A stretch of 64,000 nucleotides of DNA from the NCBI GenBank assembly GCA_964016885.1, contig OZ024740.1, forward strand, positions 275,404,001 through 275,468,000. The letters run 5' to 3'. The stretch is from Eledone cirrhosa (lineage: Eukaryota). Shown one piece after another: positions 26,029-39,385 of the stretch (within the stretch, counting starts at the first letter, position 1; the number at the start of each line of letters is the position of its first letter). The notes under the pieces were generated by a model that made no database searches, was not told where the DNA came from, and saw only the letters and a list, made by a program, of their open reading frames with translations. The position numbers and the translations under genes are program-made.

Positions 26029-27209
26029 ATGTATATATAATAGTAATGATAATCAAAATTATTGTGTACAGTGCTCAGGTGCACTACAACTCATCGAATG
26101 TGCAGGCATAGTACATAGAATAATGTACAAATGTTGGGAAAGTGAACAGTGTATGAGTCATGATATACACAGATATTTGTGATATATAATTTATCACATA
26201 CATGTCCATATATATAGATGCATGTGTATGCAGGAATGTGAAAACATATTGGTCAATTTGTTTCAGAAAGCTACTAGTTACCTCTATTTTTATCATCATT
26301 ATTTTTAAATATATTTTTGGAGCTTAATCAGTGCTGAAATGTTATTAACATGAAATTTTGCTGATGCTGGAAAAGAGTGGAAATCATAACTCCTGAGTTA
26401 CTGCAGTGCATCTGAGTATTGAATTATTTATCATTAGGCCAGAGAATTGGTCAGAAACCTTCGAGCATCATGGGATCTGCTAAAGGTAAACACACAATGA
26501 CCAATTTGTAGTGTTAAACCTGGTGACAGATTAAGTCGACCATCTTGTTACTGGTCACATGCCAAAGACAATATGTTTCATGAAAATTATTTATCTTTAT
26601 AATCCTTCATACAGTTAATGTGTAAAAATGCTATGAGAACAATAAGAACAAAATTTCATGTTTATAGCTTCTATTGGGTAGGGCTGACAGAAATGCCACC
26701 CATTTTCAGACAAGATATTATTCTATGTTGAAGTGCATTAACCCAACTGTCTACCATGTAAGAGACTTCCACACCCAATTAAGTAATAACCTACACAGTA
26801 TTGTAGTTATATATGCTTCAGTGCTTACAATGCAAGCAACCATAAGAATAACATTACATATATGTAACAAATAGATTTGTCTATGTATGTGTGTGTCTGT
26901 ATGGGAATGTATATGATTCTCTATACAAAATGTGATTACTCTGAAGTGCTTAATGCTGTACCATAGTTAGTTATCATATTGACTACTAAATATTCTACTG
27001 TAGCTCTAAATATTCTAACATATTGTTAATTATTTATTGAGCCCCTTCAGGTGGAATATATATAGTCATGTAAGCAGATGTTGGTAGAATGCTCATCAGC
27101 CAAATGAGACACCTAGGTTCGCTTCCCAGTTGATACACATAGGAAATTTAATGGCAGTGCCCCAGAATGGTCTCAGCCAGTTGGCCGGAACAGGTAAAAG
27201 AGTGAAAGA

Positions 27210-27255
<46 letters not shown>

Positions 27256-27484
27256 TCAAACTTTTCCCTGAGTCGGTTTTTTCGTTGTTCTGGTTCTAAC
27301 GGCTCGCTTTTCAGTCGCTGGCTTCAAATTTGCATAGCTGTCTAAGCGTAATGTTATAACTCTAAGGTTAAATTCCTTATTGAGTGCTTTTGGCTGCACT
27401 TCCCAACAGCATTTGTTAGCTTGCTCACAACCAGAGCTTCGATTTATGCTGTACTACCTTCTTATATATATATATATATATATA

Positions 27485-28197
27485 CAGGGTGCGGACGATA
27501 TTTGTTCGCAAGATTACTGTCTAGGAAAAGGTAGCATAGTAGTTTTACTTTTTAAGATATATTTATCAAACTTGGGACAGTTTGTCTTCATGACTTGTTC
27601 TTTTGATCTCACTCAATAAACCCACCATTGGCTTTGATGACGGCCTCAAGGCGGCCTCGGAACCGGCTACAGGCCTTCGTCACCTTTGACAGAAATTGTC
27701 CTTTCCTCATCGTGTATGAAACGTAGCAAATGTCTTCATGTACCACCAGCCTAATGAGCTTTTCATCCATGCCTTTCTCCCTTGCAATGGCACGCATCGA
27801 CTTGCTAGGTTCATTGTTGATGATATCCTGAACTTCAGCGACGAACTCGGGCGTTCTGAAGGCGTCAGATCGTCGATCATGTGTTTTGCTCTCTGATGTT
27901 GCTTCGTAGTCGAATCTTGAATCTTTCAATTCCTTTCTGACCTTCTCTACCATTCTCCTGCTGACGCTGAGAAAGTCCGAAATTTCCTTATTTGTCCTCT
28001 CGGCGCGGATTCCAAGAAGAACTCTGTGTCTCTTCCACAAATTTGGAGGTTCAAAATTATTCATAATAAATTATTCTGAAAATAAATAATAGAAATATAG
28101 TCACTGTTTTTATGAAGACAAGAGTGACAACGGAAGTAAAAGAAGTTTGCATAAAATTAACAGTTGAAAATTGCGAACAAATATCGTCAACACTCTG
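27485..28197 (-). mobile_element. Internally deleted Tc1/mariner-superfamily transposon (maT/DD37D-like)
   Basis: TIRs cagggtgcggacgatatttgttcgcaa / ttgcgaacaaatatcgtcaacactctg in TA context. Confidence 0.85.
27609..28064 (-). pseudogene. Transposase remnant: HTH N-terminus fused in frame to C-terminal tail, catalytic domain deleted
   Basis: NKEISDFLSVSRRMVEKVRK and PSKSMRAIARE (HTH-like) joined to ACSRFRGRLEAVIKANGGFIE; no DDD triad. Confidence 0.8.
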
Positions 28198-28296
28198 AAT
28201 ATATATATATAGATAGAGGAGATAACTTTCCAGGGTTAACTTGAACCGTTAAGGTCTATTATCCTTGTCATGTCAAGTATTTATAAAACATTTTGT

Positions 28297-28356
28297 ATTT
28301 TATCTGATGAAAGCATACCAAAATTTTTGGTACCCTTGAAATATATATAATAGAAT
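28297..28356 (+). ncRNA. Type I hammerhead ribozyme motif
   Basis: ATTTTAT-CTGATGA-AAG ca TACCAAAA t TTTTGGTA cc CTT-GAAA-TATATA-TA-ATAGAAT; 7-bp stem I, AATAAA adjacent. Confidence 0.7.
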
Positions 28357-28396
28357 AAATATGGTTTTATAAATATAGTTTCCATTTATTTAATAT

Positions 28397-28434
<38 letters not shown>

Positions 28435-28439
28435 TCTTT

Positions 28440-28789
28440 AGAATGGAAAAGAAAAGCAGAAGAGAGATAAAGAGATGGACTAGAGATATGATTGTGAAAG
28501 ATAAAAAGAAAGTAGCAAAGGGAGAATGAGAAGAAAGAGATAAATTGACAGAGGAGGGGAAAGATAAGCAAAAGAAAATGTGAGAGTAAAATGGGTGAAT
28601 TAAGAGTGGGGTAGAACTAATGAATGATGGAGAGGGCTAAAGAGAAAGATGCATGACTGAGTGAGAATGAGAGAGAGAATAGAAAACAGAAAGGAAGAGA
28701 TATGGAGAGAAGGATTGGGGAGTGAGAGAAGGTGAATGGCAAGGTGAGAAAAAAGGTGAGGAAGAGATGAGGGAAATATAATAGAGTGA

Positions 28790-28858
<69 letters not shown>

Positions 28859-29870
28859 AATAAGAAACAAAAATAGAACTGAAAAAAATAAAGAGAGGAA
28901 GATGGTCTAGGGTAGTGAAAGAGAGACAGAGAAGAGAAAGAGAGAGCAAGTGAAAAAGGGAGTAGAGAGATAAAGAGTGTGAGAGGGAGAAATTGAATGG
29001 GCCCTGAAAAAGCCCTATATGTAATGGAGTAGAGAAATAATTGTTTCTACATTTGGCATAAGGTCAACAATTTGAAGGAAAGGGGAAAGTCGACTAAATC
29101 GACCTCAGTGTGTTACTGGTACTTTATTTTATCGACCCTGTAAGGATGAAAGGCAAAGTTAACCTCAGCGGTATTTAAACTGAGAATATAAAGAACCGTA
29201 ACTATATACCGCGAAGCATGTTGCCCAATGTTCTACCGATACTACCAGTTCACCACCCTGAAAGAAAGAAATTGTTTCTACTTTGGGCACAAGGCCAGCT
29301 ATTAACCCAGTAGATTACAGGGTTAATTGCTGGCCGTAAAGGGACGTAACTATGCTGGAAAGCATGGCGGGTAACACTCCACCGATACTGCCAATTCACT
29401 GCCTTTGAAAGAAATAATGGGTAGTTGGGTGGTTGCAAAGTGCAAGACAGAGAGAGAAGGGGGAAATGAAAAAGCAGAATAGTGGCAGAAAGGGAATGAA
29501 AATGAATCTGGGAGAGGAGATGAAAAAGAGAATGAGGTAGAAGGAAAATATAAAGAAAAAGGTAGGAAACAGAAAGAAAATGAGAAAGACAAGAAGAAAG
29601 AGAAAGTGAGAGGGAATGTGAATGAAAATAGAAAGAGGAGAGATTAAAAAAAGGTGACAATGAAAGAGATAAAAAAGAAAAAGTGAGAAAGAAGGAAAAA
29701 ATTGAGAGAAAGAGGGAGATACAGGGAAAATGAAAAAGAATGAGAAATAGGGAAGAAAACATGAAAATAAAAGAGAAAGAGAGAGAGTAAGAAAAAGAAA
29801 GAGGCAGAGGGTAAAAGAAAGAGAAAGTGTAAGAAAATATGAAAGTGAGAGGGAGCAAGAGAGAATGATA
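28440..29870. repeat. Purine-rich (GA/AAG) low-complexity tracts with two SINE family A copies (29037-29405, minus)
   Basis: Composition; (GA)n at 28804-28855; SINE core cgaccctgtaaggatgaaaggcaaagttaacc. Confidence 0.8.
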
Positions 29871-30130
29871 GCTGCTATTATTATAGATGTTTGAACTTTG
29901 ATCTATTGTCATTACCCCACACTCCCCAGTAGTTTTGTTTTCTAAATTGTCTGGACAGGAGACCCCTAATTTCTTTAAGGTTCTGTGGGATGTCTAACTG
30001 GGAGTGGGGTGAGAATTGAGTGAGGTAGGAGGAGAGAAAGACAGGAGGTGAGAGAGGTAAAGAGAGAAAGAGAATTGTATGATAGAAAGAGAGAATATAT
30101 GTGTGTATTTATTTTTCTCTCTTTCTCTCA

Positions 30131-30166
<36 letters not shown>

Positions 30167-30203
30167 GTGTACACTCACACACATATATATATACACATAT
30201 ACA

Positions 30204-30249
<46 letters not shown>

Positions 30250-30288
30250 TACACACACATGCACACACACACACAAACATATATATAC

Positions 30289-30325
<37 letters not shown>

Positions 30326-31046
30326 CGTATATATGTGTGTACAGGTTTCTTTGTGTGTATTTGTGTGTTAATGCCTATATGTAATGGTGTGTACTTTTGT
30401 ATGTATCATGGTATCATGTGTGTGCAGAAAGAGATAGAGTGATAGAAAGATATATAGGAAGGAAGAACATAAATTGAGATACAAGGTAGCATGTGAAAGG
30501 ACAGTGGGCGAGTATGAGGGAGAAAGGAAGGTGGGTAGAGTAGCAAAGGTAGCAGAAGGTGTTACATTGTGAATTCCTTTAAATATTTCTTACCACAGCC
30601 AACCCTTCCTCTTACTAACTGGCTCACATCCAAAGCATGTTCCTTGACCTTCTCTCTATATTGTCATTTCATTTCAATGCTCTACCACTCTTTGCCACAA
30701 TTCAAGCTCTATTGACATATATTACCATCCATTACTAGGACACAACCAGAAATGTACTTTTACCTAAGTTTTCATAGACACTTAAAATGAAACCAAGACT
30801 TCTTAATCAAATTTTCTTCCTTTTTTGTTACTCTCTGCTCCAACACTATCTTTACCACATACGATCTTTGACACTGGATTTTGAGCTTTTAAGCGGTGAG
30901 AATATATATATATGTATATATATAAGTATAAAGTATGATGTACTCAAGCACAGATATACTATAAAACAGCTTATAAAATAGGGTGAAGACCCTTAAAATC
31001 GCTAAAAGGAGTTGAAATCGTATTCTATATATATATTTATATACGT

Positions 31047-31415
31047 AATAATTGTTCTCCTTTTGGCACAAGGCCAGCAATTATCTCAGTGCATTACTGA
31101 TGCTCTATTTTATCAACACCGAAAGGATGAAAGACAAAAATCAACCTCAGCGGGATTTGAACTCAGACAATAAAGGGCCATAACTCTATGCTGCTAAGCA
31201 TGGTGTCCGACCCTCCACCAATACTGTTAATCCACCGCCCTCATAATAATAACAATAATAATAATAATAATAATGATAATAATAAAAAGGACGATTGATT
31301 ATGTCTTCATTACGCTTATTGATAATTGTTTCTACTTTAGGCACAAGGCCAGCAATTACCCAGTGCATTACTGATACTTTATTTTATCGACCCCGTAAGG
31401 ATGAAAGGCAAAGTC
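31047..31415 (-). mobile_element. SINE family A: one full and one partial copy
   Basis: aattgtt...ggcacaaggccagcaatt...aggatgaaag...ggatttgaactcag. Confidence 0.8.
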
Positions 31416-31700
31416 ATCCTTTTTCTTATCATTATTACAGTCTGCTTACTGGAAACTACACATCAAGTGCTCACTCTGGTGAACCTACAGTAACTGGATG
31501 TTACAATACCTAGATATATATATTATTTTTATGTATTTTTATTCTTATTTTTTTATATTCATTTTTATTTATATTTGAACACCTGTGTGATGACATTGCA
31601 TTGGATAATTGTTGCATAATGACTTTTTGATACCTTTGAAATGTATATAATGGGTATGATGTAATGAAATAAACTGATATTGAATGTGCCTCTTTCTTTT

Positions 31701-31756
<56 letters not shown>

Positions 31757-31769
31757 TATAACTCAAATT

Positions 31770-31855
31770 AGCACCTGAGGAAGGGTCACTATTTTGATGT
31801 CTCTTGTTTGCTGGAGATATGGTCAAGTTTGGACCTTGAAACCTTAGGTACCGCT
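31770..31855 (+). ncRNA. Degenerate hammerhead-like motif with long stem II insert
   Basis: CTGAGGA-AGGGTC...GACCTT-GAAA-CCTTAGG-TA; proximal stem I mismatched. Confidence 0.4.
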
Positions 31856-32281
31856 TTTGTTCCATGTATGAACATAAAAAAAAACAATATGATATATATA
31901 TATACATATATATATATGCCCACAGCCCATTGGAACAGATAAAAAAGAAATATACGTTTCTACAAGCAGAGAACATCTTTTCTGTCAAACAAGCTTTATT
32001 AAAAATACATGTATCTTCAAGTTTCATATCTTTCATATTTCTTTATTAGTTCTTTATATTTGGTTCAGAGCCCTATTGTTCCAAACCAAAAGTAATGAAT
32101 TATTAAGTAAATGTGTTGGAACTCAACAGTTTTTATGTTGCTTAGAAACATTTGAATGTAAAACTGCTTGTTATTCATTTACTTTATAATTTATATTGAA
32201 ACTGATGAATTGTAGTCACATTAGTTACAGATTTCCAATGTGGACGATCACTGATTCTTTGTATTTATTATGGTAAAAGTA

Positions 32282-32480
32282 TTAACCTTTTAGCATTTGA
32301 AGTGGTCATATCATGTTTCTGTTCAAACTAGCTATAACTGGTTGTTCATACTGGCATTGAGGTATTGTTCTCAAAATAAATAATATCAAAATCTTATAGA
32401 TTCGACATTATCTAAGATAATTATGTGAGATAATGCCTTTACCATGAAAATACAATAGTATATATAGAATATGTAAATGC
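32282..32480 (+). mobile_element. piggyBac-type MITE, 3' end truncated
   Basis: TTAA-ccttttagcattt... body as 38909. Confidence 0.75.
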
Positions 32481-32788
32481 TTGGAAAAATACAGCATAAA
32501 GTTGATTTAAAAGATGATGTGCTCATGCACAGAGATGCTATAGATTATCTTATAAACTAGGATGAAAACACTTATAAAGCAGAAAAGGCAACTGCCATCA
32601 GCGATTATTAGGATTTGAACCCATATCTCCCAAACCGACTTGGAGATATGGGGTTCAATTTTATAAGCTATTTTGTAGCCTCTTTGTGCATGACCACATC
32701 ATCCTTTACATCAACTGCTTAATAGTTCAAGAGATCGACTATGTGTATTGTTAGACAACATAAAGTATTATTGTGTTTATATTTATAA

Positions 32789-32982
32789 GGGCGGTGAATT
32801 GGCAGTATCGGTAGAGGGTTGGACGCCATGCTTTGACGCATAGAGTTACTGCCCTTGCAATTCTGAGTTCAAATCCCGCCGAGGTTAACTTTGCCTTTCA
32901 TCCTAACGGGATCGATAAAATAAAGTACCAGTAATGTACTGGGTAATTGCTGGCCTTGTGCCAAAAGTAGAAACAATTATTG
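32789..32982 (+). mobile_element. tRNA-derived SINE family A (full length)
   Basis: A box tggcagtatcgg, B box gagttcaaatcc, core gcctttcatcct...gatcgataaaataaagtaccag, end gtagaaacaattatt; at least 12 copies in the window. Confidence 0.88.
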
Positions 32983-33096
32983 TGTTTATATTTTAGTTTT
33001 CTCTATGCTTACATCATTTGATGATATACATCAGAAATTGATATATATATATATATACATGAAAACACATAAATAAGATGTGATATATATATATAA

Positions 33097-33235
33097 AGTT
33101 AGTTCCAAAACAAATTAGCAAAGCATACTTAAAGATGCACGTTTCACCCAATGGATTCTCAACTAGAGCGAGCACACTGTTGGGTGAAACGCATGTCCTC
33201 AAGTATGTTATGCTAATTTATTGTGGAACTAACTT
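33097..33235. repeat. Short fold-back with degenerate U3-A8 hammerhead-like core on minus strand
   Basis: agttagttcca...gtttcacccaa / ttgggtgaaac...tggaactaact; minus strand TTGAGAA-tccattgggt-GAAA-cgtgca-TC. Confidence 0.6.
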
Positions 33236-33312
33236 CATACCGAACTTATCCTATGTACTGGGTGCTCTACTTACTATGGATACAACCACCCAGTGTTTAC
33301 CACAACCAACTC

Positions 33313-33362
<50 letters not shown>

Positions 33363-33419
33363 TCAGAAGATCCCGTTAATGTGAAAGCAGCAATTCATTG
33401 CTTAAACTTTAATCTGTTA

Positions 33420-33494
<75 letters not shown>

Positions 33495-33504
33495 ATGTAT
33501 ATAT

Positions 33505-35475
33505 TTATTAAAATAATAGATTAAAGTTTAAGCAAAGAATCGCTGCTTTCACCATTAACAGGATCTTCTGAAACTAACAAAGTCAATCTGTGAACGCAGA
33601 AGTGAATATTTCAAAAAACGTTGCAACCAGAGGAAGGCAAGAAGACGATACATTGATTCGTTAAAACGTTCCCATTGCAAAGAACGGGAAAAAACCAATA
33701 ATACGTAATTATTTCGATCGGTGAAAAACAATTACACGCAAAGACAAAACAACGTTTATGGTATAAAAGAAGTTGTAGACTAATATTCTCTTAGGTGGTT
33801 CATAGAGACGTTCTCTGGCAATGAACGGAAAAAACGAAGAAAATACGTCATATGTGGCACGGGGAGAACAATTGCACGCAAAGACAAAACCACGTAAATA
33901 GTATAACTGAAGTCGTAGACAAGAATTCTAACTAGGAAACCGAATGATTAGGGTTAACCGCCAATAGATTCAAGCAGCGTCTTTACATGCATACCTATTC
34001 TTTTCGTTACCGTTTAAGAAGGAATATGACCTCACTTTCAGCTTATATCTGGAGTCTAAAAGACAACCACACCCAATATAAGTTATACTGGGAGATCCTA
34101 GCTAGGGCTAGATCGTATAACGGAAATAAAAGACCGTGTGACCTCTGCTTCGCTGAGGCCCTGGAAATACTCTACGCCAAAGTCCACATCTGAAATAAAA
34201 AATCTGAGGCAATTTTGGCTTGTAAACATAAATTGCACAAAACCTTCCTGTATTACAGCCCCACATTATACCCTAATGGATAGTACGAACTATACGCGGA
34301 TATTTTACGTCTTGATGTGGTAGCTAAGTATATGTTATGTTTATACCACTACTTATTTGTATAGGTAAGTATATATTACCTGTATGTTTTGTGAAGGTAC
34401 GTATACTTTCTCGTACGTATATTTGATTGTATATGTTATGGCGTATATATTATATATTCTGGTACATATGCTTTTGGTTATGTGTATACGTGAGTTTTGT
34501 ATTTGTGTGAGTATGCGGATTCGTACGTATGTAGGGTGTGTGTATATGTGTACTTTGTGTTTTGGTTGACGTACGTCTCCGAACATATGTGTATTTACAT
34601 GTAGGTATGTGTGTGCGCTTGTTATATACGTATTTATTTATTTATATACGTTTATTTAATTATTTGTATACATGCACACACACACACACATATATATATA
34701 TTTTTTAATATATATTTTTATGTGTACTTGGTGCATACATTCGTATGCGTGCGGGTACAGGCGTTGCGTGGGTTCTGTAAGTGCGTGCGGGTTTTTTTTT
34801 TTTTCGTGTACGTGCGTGTATTTGTATATCTATGGCGAATGTTTTCGCGTATGCTTCTGTATTTACGTTTATGGATGCGTGTATGTATTTATTTAATTTC
34901 AATTACCTCTGTATTTTATTTACTTTATTCTTAAATCCGAAGCCGAGAACCATTCGGTTTCCTAATTAGAATTCTTGTCTACGACTTCAGTTATACCATT
35001 TACGTGGTTTTGTCTTTGCGCGCAATTGTTCGCCCCGCTCCACATATGACGTATTATCTTCGTTTTTTTCGTTTATTGCCAGAGAACGTCTCTATGAATC
35101 ACCTAATAGAATATTAGTCTACGACTTCTTTTATACCATAAACGTTGTTTTGTCTTTGCGTGTAATTGTTTTTCACCGATCCAAATAATGACGTATTATA
35201 TTCGTTTTTTCCCGTTCTTTGCCAGGGAACGTTTCCACGAACCAAAGTATTGTCTTGCTGTCTTCCTCCGATTGCAACGTTTTTTTGAAATATTCACTTC
35301 TGCGTTCACAGATTGACTTTATTAGTTTCAGAAGATCCCGTTAAGGGTGGAAGCAGCGATTCTTTGCTTAAACTTTAATCTGTTATTTTAATAAATATTT
35401 TCTCTACGGTTCTTATATATTTGATATATATTTATCCTTATCGAGCCCGCTTTGCCCAAATTTATTATTATTACT
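33505..35475 (+). mobile_element. Penelope-like element remnant: ~450-bp inverted arms around a GIY-YIG endonuclease C-terminal fragment, with 3' tail
   Basis: 33505-33950 is the reverse complement of 34945-35397; tail 35398-35475 also found inverted at 3790-3885; flanked by (TA)n. Confidence 0.75.
33960..34240 (+). pseudogene. PLE GIY-YIG endonuclease C-terminal half
   Basis: NRFKQRLYMHTYSFR...TSLSAYIWSLKD....YKLYWEIL..A..Y......CDLCFAE...I*NKKSE...CKH, matching the recalled PLE pattern FK.R...H..SF..LS.YIW.LK..W.I..C.LC..E..LNKRSE..C.H. Confidence 0.75.
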
Positions 35476-35850
35476 ATATATATATATATATTTAATCTCT
35501 GCTTTGTAGAATCGAGACATATCTGGGGATCTTGCGATTTCAGAGTCAGATTTGATCATTGCATTGATCGTACCTCGAGTTGGTCGCGAGAGAAACGATT
35601 GTAATATGTCTAATAAATTTTATTCGTCGTACCACTGATTCTCCATTTCTTATGTAATATATATATATATATATGTGTGTGTGTATATATATATGTGTCA
35701 ATAATTGTCACAAGTGTAGTGGTTGTACCAGAGTTTTCAAGTCACTGGCTGAACTAAAATGTCACACTCGTTCAGCGCATCGGTAGGGGTTCTCCTACAT
35801 GGATATAAAGTAGTGGCCATACTCGAAAACGAGTTGGCAGCCACCATATA

Positions 35851-35961
<111 letters not shown>

Positions 35962-36004
35962 ATATCCTTTAGATGGCTGTCTTGCTTGTATGAGGATCGA
36001 CTGA

Positions 36005-36140
36005 AATGTTCATAAGCTGACTATGGAGTGATGCTAGAGCTATGAAATCTTGCATGCATTAATTTCAACTCTTCTTATTAATAACTGCATTGTTTCGTTC
36101 CAGGGACTATGTTGAAAAATAAGCCTCATTTGGTCATTCC
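36005..36140 (-). mobile_element. mariner-type MITE fragment (family of 21403)
   Basis: Reverse complement of cagggactatgttgaaaaataa...gcatgcattaatttcaactc body. Confidence 0.7.
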
Positions 36141-37655
36141 ATGAGATTTATCTTGGTCAGCTTATCAACTTTTCAAGTGACCTTTGTATGTTCTTCTCTT
36201 CATAATTCCAATTTGCAATGCATTGGTTGACCTGATGCTGTGGTAGAAGACCCTCCCATATGCTGTTAGGATCCACTTGAGAACCACATATATACACATC
36301 AATAATATTGACCATACTATGATGATTATGACTGCAAATCTTAGTGTTTGTCCTGAGAGGTAAACCAATGCTCATGAACACTTTTTTAGACTGACAGTAG
36401 GAAATTACCCATATTAGAAAGCTGGTCTTTATGCTTGCAACAGACTAGGCTGCACTAAAAGCATTCATAAGTCAAATAATGGTATTTAGTCAGGTAATCG
36501 ATTAAGACAACCATCAGAAATTTTCTGCACTCACCTAATCAGATTATATCTACATAACTGTAAATATATACCTACGATTATGGTAACATTATGTCTGTGG
36601 TGGGAAAATGAATGCAAGGCTGCTGTTGCTGATTAAAATGGAAACTTTAACTCGGTTTGTTGGTCCAATTAGAATAGTTTTATTTGTCACTGAAATGTGA
36701 GGTTGGGTTTCAATAGACACATTATTCAAGATGGGTGACTGACAGATGATTAAATATAGAAGTCAGCTAAGTCCAGAAAATGTTCATAAAGATGCTAATA
36801 TCTATCAACTTTACTTATTTTAATGCTGTTAACAACTGGCTTATGAATTTGCACTAAATTTTCTATCAGTGTTCTCAGTTGAAGAATTCTTGCCAAAAGC
36901 AATTTTTTTGAATTTCTTAATATTAATTTTTATAAGTACGATTAATGTTTTATTTAAACTTAAGATTTCTGTATCTTACACTTTGCAATATGATTTTCAA
37001 GAGGAAAACCATCTTCTGTCAAAATAGAATGCTTTAGGTATCAACGATAATAAAGAGCTAGATTAACAACATATTTTCTTCTGTATGGTTTTGAGTTCAA
37101 AACACACCCATTCCATCTTAAATAAAGAATCTACACGTTGGTAAATGTAGTCTTATATATCCCTAAAATAAATGAACACTCTGCTCTTTCTAAACAATAA
37201 CAACCACAATCATATACAAATTGTGAGTAAACTGCAAAACAAAATCATGCAATGGATATAAATACAACATTCTAGTAATGGGTTTTCCATGGTATTATTG
37301 TTGTGCAAGAATCTATAAAACCTTGCAGTAAAATGAGGTCAGCTGGTAATAAGAGATACAGTTAATTTACATATTTACTTCATAATACTGGTTTCAAATA
37401 TTGAAGACATTACTCTTTTGTTTCATCCTATTTTGTTGAGGATTAACTACCAGTACTATTTGAAGCCTATATTTCTAGTTTTATAATCACTGTTAACCAT
37501 ACAGATATTTGTATATCATGCTTACAATAGTCAACCTGAGGTTGTGGGAGAAGACCGACTCTTAAATTACAGGGATCCACTGCAAATACACATACTTATA
37601 TGTTAAACCTTTTGACCATATTGCCAGGATTATAAGGTTATTTTTTAATAGTCAT

Positions 37656-37715
<60 letters not shown>

Positions 37716-37778
37716 TTATTAGTAGTAGTAGTAGTAGTAGTAGCAGCAGCAGTAGTAGTAGTAGTAGCAGCAGTAGTA
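37656..37778. repeat. (AGT)n microsatellite
   Basis: Direct reading. Confidence 0.92.
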
Positions 37779-37879
37779 AGAAGGCAATGAGCACATCGAA
37801 AAATAGTAATAAGATATTACAAGAATACACAAACAACAAAATTGTTAGTGTCCATAAAACATATACATATACGGCAGGT

Positions 37880-38030
37880 CTGAACACAAAAGAACCAAAC
37901 TTCCACTGTCACTGCCTCCATCTCTCCCTATTATGAGCAAATGGGGACCCACCCACTGGCCACCCTGCAGCCCTGGCAAACTGGCTGCCCCGCAACCCTG
38001 GAAAACAGAATAGAGAAGGCGTTTACCCAG
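37880..38030 (-). repeat. Unclassified dispersed repeat, homologous to 7225-7400
   Basis: Alignable by eye to 7225-7400 in reverse complement. Confidence 0.6.
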
Positions 38031-38439
38031 AGGATGGCGAGGGAGATGTGCTGGAAGAGCCATTCCAGCTCCTGGGGCTTACATCTGTGGGTAGCCAACT
38101 CTGTGCCATTGTCGTTATGTTATGGGCAGAAGAACAATGCTCATGAATCCTTTTCCAGACTGATGGTAGGAAGTTATCTTCATATTTGATAACTGGTTTG
38201 AATGCACAGGTTTTACTGCACTAAAAACCCTCAAGGTTCAAGTGATGGTATTAAGTTCCAATGCATGTGTATTTGTTCATCTATCTCTTTATCCTTTCGT
38301 CATTTTTCTTATTCTTTCAATCTTGGGACAATGAAAGTGGACCGTGATGGGTTTTCCACTCAGGATGTAAAGGGACATAACTAAATACATAAACATGTTC
38401 CTCATTCTACCAAATTGGTTACTCACTGGCCATTTTATA

Positions 38440-38477
<38 letters not shown>

Positions 38478-38908
38478 CATATTTATACATCTACTCATGC
38501 ACATATGTATATATGCTGTCAATGTATTCATTAGCATATTGCTTTTTATCTGAGTAATAACAGAATAAACTCTGATAAGATAAATCAAACATGCTTTCAC
38601 AAAAACAAACTGGACATGGAAGTGTATCGATCTTATAGTGTCTGAGTTATTACTCAAATATGATTTCTAAATATGAAACTAATACATTGACTATTTTTTT
38701 TTCTTTATTATTTTATTCTTTATATATATTAATTCCTAGTCGTTGAAATGATAGGTTTCTGTTGTTATGTTCATTAGATCTTGTTGGATAGCCAACAGAT
38801 ATAAAATATTTAAATCAACCATTCAAAACCATTTGTAGAAATTGTCTTCTGTTTCAGTTGAATGTAAGACAACAGGTTAAAAAATAGGTTGGATGATTTG
38901 TCAATCCC

Positions 38909-39134
38909 TTAACCCTTCAGCAGCTAAATCGGCCATACCTGGCCAGAATTCTCTCACCTCTTTCTGTTCAAACTGGCTGTAACTGACTGCTCATACCTAC
39001 ATTAAGGTATTTTTCTCAAAATAAATAACATCAAAATGTCATAGATTCGATATTATGTGAGATAATTATATAAGATAAAGCCTTTTCTGTGAAAATACAA
39101 TAAATATAGAATAATGTGAATGCTAAAGGGTTAA
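38909..39134 (+). mobile_element. piggyBac-type MITE with TTAA target duplication
   Basis: TTAA-cccttcagca ... tgctaaaggg-TTAA. Confidence 0.85.
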
Positions 39135-39385
39135 GGCCTGGAGAGGCCATTTTATTTTTTTTTAATCTACCATTAAAGACATAAACTATTGATGTTCATA
39201 GAATAGCAAGTTGTCAAGTAATTCTGACACATGCACACAGATTTCTTCAGTTTTAGTTTGATTAAATTGTAGTTAAATGCTTAAATTCATCTATTAAACA
39301 TGGTATTCGAAATTGCATATTTCTTAAATATAGTTAAAAATTGTCTGAGTTACATTTATTAGAAATTTCTATTATTTCCAGCAGG

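Noticed and set aside
29250-29912. 220-aa hydrophobic ORF resembling a membrane protein
   Set aside because: Antisense reading of a GA-rich low-complexity tract plus a SINE
30977-31030. GTGAAGA...GAAA hammerhead-like motif
   Set aside because: C3 replaced by G without compensation and stem II poorly closed; too degenerate to call
32789-32882. Possible tRNA gene
   Set aside because: A/B boxes present but no cloverleaf; it is the head of a multi-copy SINE
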